Positions 8,090-16,950 of a stretch of 19,940 nucleotides of DNA are shown in pieces. This DNA is from a virus. Both the position numbers and the translations under genes were made by a program. Each line of letters begins with the position of its first letter. Position 1 is the first letter of the stretch. The stretch is from the UHGV virus genome UHGV-2015158; one strand, written 5' to 3'. The notes below the pieces were generated by a model, which did not search any database, was not told the DNA's origin, and was given only the letters and a program-made list of their open reading frames with translations.

Positions 8090-8989
8090 ATGACAAATAC
8101 AGCAAAAATACTCAACTTCGGCAGAGGTAACTTTGCCGGACAGGAGCGTAATGTGGCAGATCTCGATGATGGTTACGCCAGACTATCAAATATGCTGCTT
8201 GAGGCTTATTCGGGCGCAGATCTGACCAAGCGACAGTTTAAAGTGCTGCTTGCCATTCTGCGTAAAACCTATGGGTGGAATAAACCAATGGACAGAATCA
8301 CCGATTCTCAACTTAGCGAGATTACAAAGTTACCTGTCAAACGGTGCAATGAAGCCAAGTTAGAACTCGTCAGAATGAATATTATCAAGCAGCAAGGCGG
8401 CATGTTTGGACCAAACAAAAACATCTCAGAATGGTGCATCCCTCAAAACGAGGGAAAATCCCCTAAAACGAGGGATAAAACATCCCTCAAATTGGGGGAT
8501 TGCTATCCCTCAAAACAGGGGGACACAAAAGACACTATTACAAAAGAAAAAAGAAAAGATTATTCGTCCGAGAATTCTGGCGAATCCTCTGACCAGCCAG
8601 AAAACGATCTTTCTGTGGTTAAACCGGATGCTGCAATTCAGAGCGGCAGTAAGTGGGGAACAGCAGAAGACCTGACCGCCGCAGAGTGGATGTTTGACAT
8701 GGTGAAGACCATCGCGCCATCAGCCAGAAAACCGAATTTTGCTGGGTGGGCTAACGATATCCGCCTGATGCGTGAACGTGACGGACGTAACCACCGCGAT
8801 ATGTGTGTGCTTTTCCGCTGGGCCTGCCAGGACAACTTCTGGTCCGGTAACGTGCTGAGTCCGGCCAAACTCCGCGACAAGTGGACCCAGCTCGAAATCA
8901 ACCGTAACAAGCAACAGGCTGGCGTGACAGCCGGAAAACCAAAACTCGACCTGACAAACACTGACTGGATTTACGGGGTGGATCTATGA
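8090..8989 (+). CDS. O: replication initiator O
   Basis: 299 aa, begins MTNTAKILNFGRGNFAGQERNVADLDDGYARLSNMLLEAYSGADLTKRQFKVLLAILRKTYGWNKPMDRITDSQLSEITKLPVKRCNEAKLELVRMNIIKQQGG; matches lambda O and contains ori. Confidence 0.95.
   Translation: MTNTAKILNFGRGNFAGQERNVADLDDGYARLSNMLLEAYSGADLTKRQFKVLLAILRKTYGWNKPMDRITDSQLSEITKLPVKRCNEAKLELVRMNIIKQQGGMFGPNKNISEWCIPQNEGKSPKTRDKTSLKLGDCYPSKQGDTKDTITKEKRKDYSSENSGESSDQPENDLSVVKPDAAIQSGSKWGTAEDLTAAEWMFDMVKTIAPSARKPNFAGWANDIRLMRERDGRNHRDMCVLFRWACQDNFWSGNVLSPAKLRDKWTQLEINRNKQQAGVTAGKPKLDLTNTDWIYGVDL
8438..8565 (+). repeat. ori-lambda: four iterons plus AT-rich unwinding region
   Basis: Four roughly 19-bp iterons of the type ATCCCTCAAAACGAGGGA (8438-8523) followed by an A-rich stretch (8524-8565), inside the O coding sequence. 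Confidence 0.85.
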
Positions 8990-9687
8990 AAAACATCGCC
9001 GCACAGATGGTTAACTTTGACCGTGAGCAGATGCGTCGGATCGCCAACAACATGCCGGAACAGTACGACGAAAAGCCACAGGTACAGCAGGTAGCGCAGA
9101 TCATCAACGGTGTGTTCAGCCAGTTACTGGCAACTTTCCCGGCGAGCCTGGCTAACCGTGACCAGAACGAACTGAACGAAATCCGCCGCCAGTGGGTTCT
9201 GGCTTTCCGGGAAAACGGGATCACCACAATGGAACAGGTTAACGCAGGAATGCGCGTAGCCCGTCGGCAGAATCGACCATTTCTGCCATCACCCGGGCAG
9301 TTTGTTGCATGGTGCCGGGAAGAAGCATCCGTTATCGCCGGACTGCCAAACGTCAGCGAGCTGGTTGATATGGTTTACGAGTATTGCCGGAAGCGAGGCC
9401 TGTATCCGGATGCGGAGTCTTATCCGTGGAAATCAAATGCGCACTACTGGCTGGTTACCAACCTGTATCAGAACATGCGGGCCAATGCGCTTACTGATGC
9501 GGAATTACGCCGTAAGGCCGCAGATGAGCTTGTCCATATGACTGCGAGAATTAACCGTGGTGAGGCGATCCCTGAACCAGTAAAACAACTTCCTGTCATG
9601 GGCGGTAGACCTCTAAATCGTGCACAGGCTCTGGCGAAGATCGCAGAAATCAAAGCTAAGTTCGGACTGAAAGGAGCAAGTGTATGA
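8986..9687 (+). CDS. P: replication protein P (DnaB helicase loader)
   Basis: 233 aa, begins MKNIAAQMVNFDREQMRRIANNMPEQYDEKPQVQQVAQIINGVFSQLLATFPASLANRDQNELNEIRRQW; matches lambda P; ATGA overlap with O. Confidence 0.95.
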   Translation: MKNIAAQMVNFDREQMRRIANNMPEQYDEKPQVQQVAQIINGVFSQLLATFPASLANRDQNELNEIRRQWVLAFRENGITTMEQVNAGMRVARRQNRPFLPSPGQFVAWCREEASVIAGLPNVSELVDMVYEYCRKRGLYPDAESYPWKSNAHYWLVTNLYQNMRANALTDAELRRKAADELVHMTARINRGEAIPEPVKQLPVMGGRPLNRAQALAKIAEIKAKFGLKGASV

Positions 9688-9974
9688 CGGGCAAAGAGGC
9701 AATTATTCATTACCTGGGGACGCATAATAGCTTCTGTGCGCCGGACGTTGCCGCGCTAACAGGCGCAACAGTAACCAGCATAAATCAGGCCGCGGCTAAA
9801 ATGGCACGGGCAGGTCTTCTGGTTATCGAAGGTAAGGTCTGGCGAACGGTGTATTACCGGTTTGCTACCAGGGAAGAACGGGAAGGAAAGATGAGCACGA
9901 ACCTGATTTTCAAGGAGTGTCGCCAGAGTGCCGCGATGAAACGGGTATTGGCGGTATATGGAGTTAAAAGATGA
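9684..9974 (+). CDS. ren: Ren (Rex-exclusion resistance)
   Basis: 96 aa, begins MTGKEAIIHYLGTHNSFCAPDVAALTGATVTSINQAAAKMARAGLLVIEGKVWRTVYYRFATREEREGKM; matches lambda Ren. Confidence 0.9.
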   Translation: MTGKEAIIHYLGTHNSFCAPDVAALTGATVTSINQAAAKMARAGLLVIEGKVWRTVYYRFATREEREGKMSTNLIFKECRQSAAMKRVLAVYGVKR

Positions 9975-10047
9975 CCATCTACATTACTGAGCTAATAACA
10001 GGCCTGCTGGTAATCGCAGGCCTTTTTATTTGGGGGAGAGGGAAGTC

Positions 10048-10488
10048 ATGAAAAAACTAACCTTTGAAATTCGATCTCCAGCACATCAGCAAAACGCTAT
10101 TCACGCAGTACAGCAAATCCTTCCAGACCCAACCAAACCAATCGTAGTAACCATTCAGGAACGCAACCGCAGCTTAGACCAAAACAGGAAGCTATGGGCC
10201 TGCTTAGGTGACGTCTCTCGTCAGGTTGAATGGCATGGTCGCTGGCTGGATGCAGAAAGCTGGAAGTGTGTGTTTACCGCAGCATTAAAGCAGCAGGATG
10301 TTGTTCCTAACCTTGCCGGGAATGGCTTTGTGGTAATAGGCCAGTCAACCAGCAGGATGCGTGTAGGCGAATTTGCGGAGCTATTAGAGCTTATACAGGC
10401 ATTCGGTACAGAGCGTGGCGTTAAGTGGTCAGACGAAGCGAGACTGGCTCTGGAGTGGAAAGCGAGATGGGGAGATCGGGCTGCATGA
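10048..10488 (+). CDS. ninB: NinB (recombination mediator)
   Basis: 146 aa from the internal Met of ORF 10030..10488 (MKKLTFEIRSPAHQQNAIHAVQQILPDPTKPIVVTIQERNRSLDQNRKLWACLGDV); matches lambda NinB. Confidence 0.9.
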   Translation: MKKLTFEIRSPAHQQNAIHAVQQILPDPTKPIVVTIQERNRSLDQNRKLWACLGDVSRQVEWHGRWLDAESWKCVFTAALKQQDVVPNLAGNGFVVIGQSTSRMRVGEFAELLELIQAFGTERGVKWSDEARLALEWKARWGDRAA

Positions 10489-11012
10489 CTATCAAATCAA
10501 ATACGCCAGCACACGACAAGGACTGCTGGCAAACGCCGCTTTGGCTTTTTGATGCACTGGATATTGAGTTTGGATTCTGGCTGGATTCGGCAGCGAGCGA
10601 CAAAAATGCTCTGTGTGCTCACTGGCTAACTGAGGCCGACGACGCGCTCAATTCTGAGTGGGTAAGCCACGGTGCAATCTGGAATAACCCACCGTACAGC
10701 AATATCAGGCCGTGGGTGGAAAAAGCCGCTGAGCAGTGCATACAACAGCGACAGACGGTAGTTATGCTTGTGCCAGAGGATATGTCAGTCGGATGGTTCA
10801 GCAAGGCTCTGGAGAGTGTCGACGAAGTTCGCATTATCACTGATGGACGGATTAATTTTATCGAACCATCGACAGGGCTGGAGAAGAAGGGAAACAGCAA
10901 AGGCTCCATGCTGCTGATTTGGCGACCGTTCATCAGTCCTCGACGGATGTTTACTACCGTATCCAAAGCGGCATTGATGGCGATCGGGCAGGGCGTCAGG
11001 AGGGCGGCATGA
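10485..11012 (+). CDS. phage Dam-like DNA N6-adenine methyltransferase (orphan)
   Basis: 175 aa from ATG 10485 overlapping the ninB stop (ATGA); NPPY catalytic motif ([10 protein letters not shown]) and overall resemblance to the phage Dam family; no adjacent restriction gene. Confidence 0.75.
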   Translation: MTIKSNTPAHDKDCWQTPLWLFDALDIEFGFWLDSAASDKNALCAHWLTEADDALNSEWVSHGAIWNNPPYSNIRPWVEKAAEQCIQQRQTVVMLVPEDMSVGWFSKALESVDEVRIITDGRINFIEPSTGLEKKGNSKGSMLLIWRPFISPRRMFTTVSKAALMAIGQGVRRAA

Positions 11013-11185
11013 GGCGACAGCGACGAAGTTTCACCGACATCATCTGCGAAAACTGCAAATACCTTCCAACGAAACGCTCCAGAAATAAACGCAAGCCAAT
11101 CCCAAAAGAATCTGACGTAAAAACCTTCAATTACACAGCTCACCTGTGGGATATCCGGTGGCTAAGATATCGTGCGAGGAAATGA
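11009..11185 (+). CDS. ninE: NinE
   Basis: 58 aa ([58 protein letters not shown]); matches lambda NinE; ATGA overlap with the methyltransferase stop. Confidence 0.8.
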   Translation: MRRQRRSFTDIICENCKYLPTKRSRNKRKPIPKESDVKTFNYTAHLWDIRWLRYRARK

Positions 11186-11529
11186 CAATGGATTATTCAC
11201 AGTTAAGTGATTTTGAAATTAACAGAATGGTAGGAGACATAATTTTTAAAGGCCTTTGGGCAAGTAAACCGGAAACATCAGGGAATAACACCAACAAATG
11301 GTATTACGGAAATGCTGATACAACTTTTGAGCCATTAAATCATTTGCCTGACTACTGCAATGATCCGAGCGCTTCATGGCCGATTATTGAGAAATACAGG
11401 ATTTCTATCTTAGACCAGTTAACTGAATGGTGTGTGGATGCAAAAGGCGTAAGCCCAATATTTGATACCAGACCTCTCCGCGCCGCCATTATTGTCTTTC
11501 TCCTGATGCAGGAGGCCAATAATGCTTAG
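11182..11529 (+). CDS. hypothetical nin-region protein
   Basis: 115 aa from ATG 11182 overlapping the ninE stop (ATGA); begins [34 protein letters not shown]; family not recognised. Confidence 0.5.
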   Translation: MTMDYSQLSDFEINRMVGDIIFKGLWASKPETSGNNTNKWYYGNADTTFEPLNHLPDYCNDPSASWPIIEKYRISILDQLTEWCVDAKGVSPIFDTRPLRAAIIVFLLMQEANNA

Positions 11530-11716
11530 CCCATCTCAATCCCTTCAATACCTGAAAGGAAGCATAGAGCGGGCTTCAATGTGCACAGAGTGGATTCTAT
11601 CTAGGTTTAGCGCATACAGAAGATTGCCGGTAAAGGGCATGCCAAGCAAGTCGATGCTGCATATGCAAAAGAATGCGCGCGGGAAGGTATGGCGAGAACG
11701 CAGGTTATCTGGCTGA
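11522..11716 (+). CDS. ninF: NinF-like protein with divergent C-terminus
   Basis: 64 aa; first about 19 residues ([19 protein letters not shown]) resemble lambda NinF, but the rest lacks the remembered Cys-rich segment. Confidence 0.45.
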   Translation: MLSPSQSLQYLKGSIERASMCTEWILSRFSAYRRLPVKGMPSKSMLHMQKNARGKVWRERRLSG

Positions 11717-11735
11717 AAGAGGGGGTAATTAAGGC

Positions 11736-12098
11736 GTGAATACTTACCACATCACACTACCCTGGCCTCCGAGCAATAATCGCTATTATCGCCATAATCG
11801 CGGGCGCACGCACGTCAGCGCAGAGGGGCAGGCATACCGCGATAACGTCGCCCGAATCATTAAAAACGCAATGCTGGATATCGGCCTGGCGATGCCTGTG
11901 AAAATCCGCATTGAGTGCCACATGCCGGATCGCCGTCGCCGTGACCTGGATAATCTGCAAAAAGCCGCTTTTGACGCACTCACCAAAGCAGGTTTCTGGC
12001 TGGATGATGCTCAGGTCGTTGATTACCGCGTTGTGAAGATGCCTGTTACCAAAGGTGGGAGGCTGGAATTGACCATCACCGAAATGGGGAATGAATGA
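11736..12098 (+). CDS. rusA: RusA Holliday junction resolvase
   Basis: 120 aa, GTG start; [104 protein letters not shown]; matches E. coli DLP12 RusA. Confidence 0.95.
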   Translation: MNTYHITLPWPPSNNRYYRHNRGRTHVSAEGQAYRDNVARIIKNAMLDIGLAMPVKIRIECHMPDRRRRDLDNLQKAAFDALTKAGFWLDDAQVVDYRVVKMPVTKGGRLELTITEMGNE

Positions 12099-12235
12099 TG
12101 TTTGAGTTTTATATGGCAGAACGTCTTCGCCACCGCTGGGTGCGTCTGCGCTTATATCGTTTCCCCGGTTCTGTTTTGACCGATTACCGAATACTGAAGA
12201 ATTACGCCAAAACACTGACAGGAGCAGGAGTATGA
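12095..12235 (+). CDS. ylcG: YlcG-like small protein
   Basis: Hand-translated 46-aa ORF ([46 protein letters not shown]) overlapping the rusA stop, as ylcG follows rusA in DLP12. Confidence 0.6.
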   Translation: MMFEFYMAERLRHRWVRLRLYRFPGSVLTDYRILKNYAKTLTGAGV

Positions 12236-12320
12236 AGTCAGAGATAACAATCAACTAATACTGTTTTGCTGATTTTTGCTTGTAATTGGCGTTCTGGTCT
12301 GATTTTTGTGGAGTAAGTTG

Positions 12321-12698
12321 ATGCGTGATATTCAGATGGTTCTTGAGCGTTGGGGAGCGTGGGCGGCTAATAATCATGAAGATGTGACCTGGTCGTCCAT
12401 TGCCGCCGGTTTTAAGGGATTAATTCCTTCAAAAGTAAAATCTCGCCCGCAATGTTGTGACGATGACGCGATGATCATTTGCGGGTGCATGGCCCGTCTG
12501 AAAAATAACAACAGCGATTTGCATGATTTGTTAGTGGACTATTATGTCGGCGGCATGACTTTTATGGCGCTTGCGCGTAAGCATGGTAGATCTGATTGTT
12601 GGATTGGCAGGATGCTCCAAAAAGCTGAGGGCGTAGTGGAGGGCATGCTGATGGTGTTGGATCTCAGATTGGAGATGGATGCTGATTGTTTGAGATAA
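12321..12698 (+). CDS. Q: late-gene antiterminator Q (DLP12 QuuD / phage 82 type)
   Basis: 125 aa from ATG 12321 ([70 protein letters not shown]), GGAG RBS upstream; resembles QuuD rather than lambda Q. Confidence 0.85.
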   Translation: MRDIQMVLERWGAWAANNHEDVTWSSIAAGFKGLIPSKVKSRPQCCDDDAMIICGCMARLKNNNSDLHDLLVDYYVGGMTFMALARKHGRSDCWIGRMLQKAEGVVEGMLMVLDLRLEMDADCLR

Positions 12699-12798
12699 TT
12701 AAAGGAAAAGTTGCTGTCTGGTTATCATTAGACTAATGTTTCAAATGTTAGAATCGCAACGTAGTTATGATCATATAACAGCTTGTTCCCTGATTTAG

Positions 12799-12826
12799 CC
12801 AGCCTCCCCAAAGGCTGGTTTTTTTT
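12799..12826 (+). terminator. intrinsic terminator downstream of Q (tR'-like)
   Basis: Hairpin CCAGCC-tccccaaa-GGCTGG (12799-12818) followed by T8 (12819-12826). A weak -10-like TAGAAT at 12749-12754 may mark PR' but is not well supported. Confidence 0.55.
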
Positions 12827-12854
12827 CTAATAAGTATCAATCCGGTTAGGTATT

Positions 12855-13379
12855 TTATTGTTTGACCCATAATAGTTCATTGACATTGAATCCCAATTTT
12901 TGAGCAGTACGCACATAGTCTGCTTTTACATTATCTGGAATAGTTGGAGTCCGTGCCAGAATCCATAGGTATTCTCTGTTCGGACCACTGACAAGAGCAT
13001 ACTTATACTCATCATCCAGTTTGATTACATTATAGCCACCATAGAAGGGGCCAAAAAACGAAACCTTCAACGCTGCAGTTGTATTATCTCCTGTAAAGTA
13101 TGCTTTACCTTCGCTCTCGCTCCATTTGTTTTTCGTTGGGTCATATCCACGATTAAGTACACTAATCCCTCCGTCGTTCCGTTTCCCATAAGTGGCGCTG
13201 ACCTGTTCCAGACCACGTTCAAATCGGTTCTCAAGCCGAGCTATTTCATACCATTTTCCGAGGTAGCGGTTGGTGTCAAAATTTGTAATCGGCTGCACAC
13301 CTTTAGGTGGTGTCGGGGCCTTACATGCTATCAGAGTGAAAGAGAGTGCAATGCCAGTCAACACAGGCCATAACTTCAT
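12855..13379 (-). CDS. bacterial lipocalin (Blc-like) outer-membrane lipoprotein
   Basis: 174 aa; lipoprotein signal with lipobox LIAC (MKLWPVLTGIALSFTLIAC); lipocalin-type motifs (GKWYEIARLEN ... YALVSGPNREYLWILART); opposite orientation to late genes. Confidence 0.8.
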   Translation of the reverse strand: MKLWPVLTGIALSFTLIACKAPTPPKGVQPITNFDTNRYLGKWYEIARLENRFERGLEQVSATYGKRNDGGISVLNRGYDPTKNKWSESEGKAYFTGDNTTAALKVSFFGPFYGGYNVIKLDDEYKYALVSGPNREYLWILARTPTIPDNVKADYVRTAQKLGFNVNELLWVKQ

Positions 13380-13571
13380 AATATATCCTGTACTTTTGAT
13401 AGTTGAGAGTAAGTATTAAAGATAGATGATTACTACCGATCACCTAAAGAACTTTCCTACTATATTAGGAATAGTCCATAACAAAAAAATTGTCAGTGAT
13501 GACGGCAGAAAGGCAGTTTAGGTCGTGTACTACACTGTTAACCTGTTAATGAATTAGTCAAGGGGTAGGCA

Positions 13572-14531
13572 ATGATAAAAAAACCTGTCGTTGGGATCAG
13601 TGGTTGTTTGGCCGGTTCTTCTGTCCGTTTTGATGGTGGTCACAAAAGAGCTAGCTTTTTAATGGACAAATTACTGGAATGGGTAACATTCAAACCAGTA
13701 TGTCCGGAAATGGCTATAGGGCTTCCAGTTCCGCGTCCTGCTCTACGTCTTGTTCGCTCGGCGCAAGGAAATATACGGATGTGTTTCAGCCACGACCAGA
13801 ATGAGGATGTTACAGAGAAAATGACAGAGTTTAGTCGTTCTTATCTTGACAAATTAAAGGATGTATCGGGATTTGTGGTTTGTGCAAAATCTCCTAGCTG
13901 TGGTATGGAACGCGTGCGTGTATATGATGAAAATGGTAATCGTGGTCGTAAAGATGGAGTGGGACTATTTACGAGCACGTTGATGGAAAGGTTTTCCTGG
14001 CTACCGGTTGAAGAGGATGGGCGACTACATGATCCAGTGCTTCGTGAAAACTTTGTTGAAAGAGTATTTGCTTTACATGAGCTCAATCATCTTTATAAAG
14101 CGAAATTATCAAGAAGGGAATTATTAGCTTTTCATAGCCGTTATAAGCTTCAGTTGTTGGCGCATAGCCAGGCCGGTTATAAAGAGATGGGGCCATTTGT
14201 GGCTGCAATACATGAGTGGGCAGACCTTGAATCATACTTTGAGGTGTATCGTGAGAAGCTGATGGCGATTCTCAGAAAACCTGCATCACGTAAAAATCAC
14301 ACGAATGTGCTGATGCATATACAGGGATATTTTAGTAACTGCTTAAATACACGTCAGCGTAAAGAGTTGAGCGATGTTATACTTAACTATCGAGCTGGCA
14401 CGCTACCTCTTCTTGCGCCATTAACTTTGCTGAAGCATTACTTGGCAGAGTATCCTGATGATTATTTGCTTATACAGAATTACTTCCACCCCTATCCTGA
14501 TGAACTGGCTCTAAGACTCTTGGTGAACTAG
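13572..14531 (+). CDS. DUF523/DUF1722 (YbgA-like) protein
   Basis: 319 aa; N-terminal Cys-containing motif (GISGCLAGSSVRFDGGHK ... CPEM ... SPSCG) typical of DUF523/TudS-like proteins, with a YbgA-like C-terminal half; family-level call from memory. Confidence 0.7.
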   Translation: MIKKPVVGISGCLAGSSVRFDGGHKRASFLMDKLLEWVTFKPVCPEMAIGLPVPRPALRLVRSAQGNIRMCFSHDQNEDVTEKMTEFSRSYLDKLKDVSGFVVCAKSPSCGMERVRVYDENGNRGRKDGVGLFTSTLMERFSWLPVEEDGRLHDPVLRENFVERVFALHELNHLYKAKLSRRELLAFHSRYKLQLLAHSQAGYKEMGPFVAAIHEWADLESYFEVYREKLMAILRKPASRKNHTNVLMHIQGYFSNCLNTRQRKELSDVILNYRAGTLPLLAPLTLLKHYLAEYPDDYLLIQNYFHPYPDELALRLLVN

Positions 14532-14849
14532 GCGTTTGGAATGCACCAACAAGATGATTTTCTCCTTAGAGAATGTTTACAATCGTAAAAACTTCACTAT
14601 GATATCTATAGTTGTACAGTTTGTAAAAAAATTCGGTTCATGCTTAAGGTAATGTTAATATGTTAATTAATGATTAATAATCAAGCAAGCCAAAAATAGT
14701 TCTGTTTAATCTAGTATTACATAAATATTTTAAAGAAAATATCAAAGTTCATGATGATATAATGAGATTTTTCTCATTGAAAATATGGCAATTTTAATAT
14801 TTCCACCTATACTTACTTAACTCAAATCTAATTATGTCAGGTGGATGGT

Positions 14850-15581
14850 ATGCCATGCATATGTTCTATCATTTTGGTTTTGAACTCGTTTGATATCCGG
14901 CTTGGTAAAGAAAAAATCTCTCTAAAAAAAGGAAGTGTTGTTGCTATAGAATACAATTTAAAAGTTTTCTTTTCTTCAAATAAAGATAATATAATGATCG
15001 TGGATATTGAAGAGAAAACAGTTAATGACTTCTTTAAAAACAATACACTCTCACCTTTTTCTGTAAGAAGATTTTATTCAGCATACTTGATAGTAAACTG
15101 TACAGACTATTCATTGTTAAAGAACTTGATAGGTTGCTTGAATTGTGATGGTGAAACTACGGCTGTAGTTAAAAATTCAATATTATTTGCATGTCTTGCT
15201 ATTTTATCCTCGGAAAAAATGTTTCAGAGTTTTTTGTTTGGGTGTCTTAATAGTTTAGGAAGCAAAGTTAAGGCTATTATTCACTCGGACATATCTGCAG
15301 CATGGAGACTTTGTGATATTTCTTCAAGACTATGTCTGAGTGAAAGTTTGTTAAAAAGAAAACTAAAACACGAAGGCTTATCATTTAGCAAATTAATTCT
15401 TGAAGAACGAATGGTGATGGCTGAAAGGTTATTAAGCTACAATTTCTATCCTGTTGGGAAAGTTGCTAAAATATGTGGTTATGAAAGCGCGTCATATTTT
15501 ATAAGTGTTTTCAGAAGATATTTTGGTGTTCCCCCCCATGAATATTCATCAAGATTTTTTTTAGAAAAAGGCAAGATGTAA
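14850..15581 (+). CDS. AraC-family transcriptional regulator (AppY/EnvY-like)
   Basis: 243 aa from ATG 14850 (AGGTGG RBS); C-terminal AraC-type HTH (KVAKICGYESASYFISVFRRYFGVPPHEY); N-terminus resembles AppY; gene and flanks very AT-rich. Confidence 0.8.
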   Translation: MPCICSIILVLNSFDIRLGKEKISLKKGSVVAIEYNLKVFFSSNKDNIMIVDIEEKTVNDFFKNNTLSPFSVRRFYSAYLIVNCTDYSLLKNLIGCLNCDGETTAVVKNSILFACLAILSSEKMFQSFLFGCLNSLGSKVKAIIHSDISAAWRLCDISSRLCLSESLLKRKLKHEGLSFSKLILEERMVMAERLLSYNFYPVGKVAKICGYESASYFISVFRRYFGVPPHEYSSRFFLEKGKM

Positions 15582-15643
15582 CGTGATGCGTTTTGATGAT
15601 TTTGTAATTTTCATATTTGATGATTATATGATGCTTTCAGCTA

Positions 15644-15674
15644 CGCCAGAATAATCGCTGGCGTTTTTCTTTTC
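15644..15674 (+). terminator. intrinsic terminator after the AraC-family gene
   Basis: Hairpin CGCCAG-aataat-CTGGCG (15644-15662) followed by TTTTTCTTTTC (15663-15673). Confidence 0.5.
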
Positions 15675-15748
15675 TAATGTAACTTCTGTATCTTTCCCTC
15701 TTTCATTCCAAACCGTGTACACCATCCGTTATTCGCGGAGGTGAGGCT

Positions 15749-15964
15749 ATGAAATCCATGGACAAGTTAACAACGGGCATTGCCTACGGCACCTCTGCAG
15801 GCAGTGCTGGCTACTGGTTTTTACAGTGGCTTGATCAGGTCAGTCCGTCACAGTGGGCGGCGATTGGAGTGCTTGGAAGCCTTGTGTTGGGTTTTCTCAC
15901 TTATCTGACAAACCTTTATTTCAAGATTAAAGAAGATAAGCGTAAGGCTGCGAGAGGTGAATAA
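15749..15964 (+). CDS. S: class II holin (phage 21 S-type pinholin) with dual start
   Basis: 71 aa; [71 protein letters not shown]; matches S21/EssD; Met1 and Met4 give the antiholin/holin dual-start motif; GGAGG RBS. Confidence 0.9.
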   Translation: MKSMDKLTTGIAYGTSAGSAGYWFLQWLDQVSPSQWAAIGVLGSLVLGFLTYLTNLYFKIKEDKRKAARGE

Positions 15965-16461
15965 TGTCGCCATCATTACGCAAGGCTGTAGCAGCTGCTA
16001 TTGGTGGTGGGGCTGTTGCCATAGCGTCTGTGCTCATCACTGGTCCGAGTGGTGACGATGGTCTGGAAGGTGTCAGCTACATACCATATAAAGATATTGT
16101 TGGTGTATGGACTGTATGTCACGGGCATACAGGAAAAGACATCATGCTCGGTAAAACGTATACCAAAGCAGAATGCAAAGCACTCTTGAATAAAGACCTT
16201 GCCACTGTCGCCAGACAAATTAACCCGTACATCAAAGTCGATATACCGGAAACAACGCGCGGCGCTCTTTACTCATTCGTTTACAACGTGGGTGCTGGCA
16301 ATTTCAGAACATCGACGCTTCTTCGCAAAATAAACCAGGGCGATATCAAAGGCGCATGTGATCAGTTACGTCGCTGGACATATGCTGGCGGTAAGCAATG
16401 GAAAGGTCTCATGACTCGTCGTGAGATTGAGCGTGAAATCTGTTTGTGGGGTCAGCAATGA
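15964..16461 (+). CDS. R: SAR endolysin (phage 21 R-type lysozyme)
   Basis: 165 aa; N-terminal signal-anchor-release segment ([20 protein letters not shown]) followed by a lysozyme domain; start overlaps the holin stop. Confidence 0.9.
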   Translation: MSPSLRKAVAAAIGGGAVAIASVLITGPSGDDGLEGVSYIPYKDIVGVWTVCHGHTGKDIMLGKTYTKAECKALLNKDLATVARQINPYIKVDIPETTRGALYSFVYNVGAGNFRTSTLLRKINQGDIKGACDQLRRWTYAGGKQWKGLMTRREIEREICLWGQQ

Positions 16462-16919
16462 ACAGAGTAACCGCGATTATCTCCGCTCTGGTTATCTGCA
16501 TCATCGTCTGCCTGTCATGGGCTGTTAATCATTACCGTGATAACGCCATTACCTACAAAGCCCAGCGCGACAAAAATGCCAGAGAACTGAAGCTGGCGAA
16601 CGCGGCAATTACTGACATGCAGATGCGTCAGCGTGATGTTGCTGCGCTCGATGCAAAATACACGAAGGAGTTAGCTGATGCGAAAGCTGAAAATGATGCT
16701 CTGCGTGATGATGTTGCCGCTGGTCGTCGTCGGTTGCACATCAAAGCAGTCTGTCAGTCAGTGCGTGAAGCCACCACCGCCTCCGGCGTGGATAATGCAG
16801 CCTCCCCCCGACTGGCAGACACCGCTGAACGGGATTATTTCACCCTCAGAGAGAGGCTGATCACGATGCAAAAACAACTGGAAGGAACCCAGAAGTATAT
16901 TAATGAGCAGTGCAGATAG
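16458..16919 (+). CDS. Rz: Rz inner-membrane spanin
   Basis: 153 aa from the internal Met of ORF 16446..16919 ([21 protein letters not shown]...), N-terminal TM segment then coiled-coil-like region; ATGA overlap with the endolysin. Confidence 0.85.
   Translation: MNRVTAIISALVICIIVCLSWAVNHYRDNAITYKAQRDKNARELKLANAAITDMQMRQRDVAALDAKYTKELADAKAENDALRDDVAAGRRRLHIKAVCQSVREATTASGVDNAASPRLADTAERDYFTLRERLITMQKQLEGTQKYINEQCR
16678..16860 (+). CDS. Rz1: Rz1 outer-membrane lipoprotein spanin (embedded in Rz)
   Basis: 60-aa ORF in the +1 frame wholly inside Rz; lipoprotein signal with lipobox (LVVVGC) and proline-rich body ([15 protein letters not shown]). Confidence 0.75.
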   Translation: MRKLKMMLCVMMLPLVVVGCTSKQSVSQCVKPPPPPAWIMQPPPDWQTPLNGIISPSERG

Positions 16920-16950
16920 AGCTGCCCATATCGATGGGCAACTCATGCAA

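Noticed and set aside
8406-8961. ORFs 8406..8675 (plus), 8638..8961 (minus), 8720..8914 (minus)
   Set aside because: All lie inside the O gene, which is a full-length match in its own frame.
10619-11143. 174-aa minus-strand ORF
   Set aside because: Antisense to the methyltransferase and ninE, both of which have motif support and translational coupling on the plus strand.
11757-12254. 165-aa minus-strand ORF (and 11786..11986 minus)
   Set aside because: Antisense to rusA and ylcG, which are well supported on the plus strand.
12699-15748. Possible Shiga-toxin or tRNA genes in the Q-to-S slot
   Set aside because: None of the three cargo ORFs looks like an AB5 toxin subunit (no signal-peptide A/B pair) and no cloverleaf-like tRNA sequence was recognised by eye; a tRNAscan-type search would be needed to exclude tRNAs formally.
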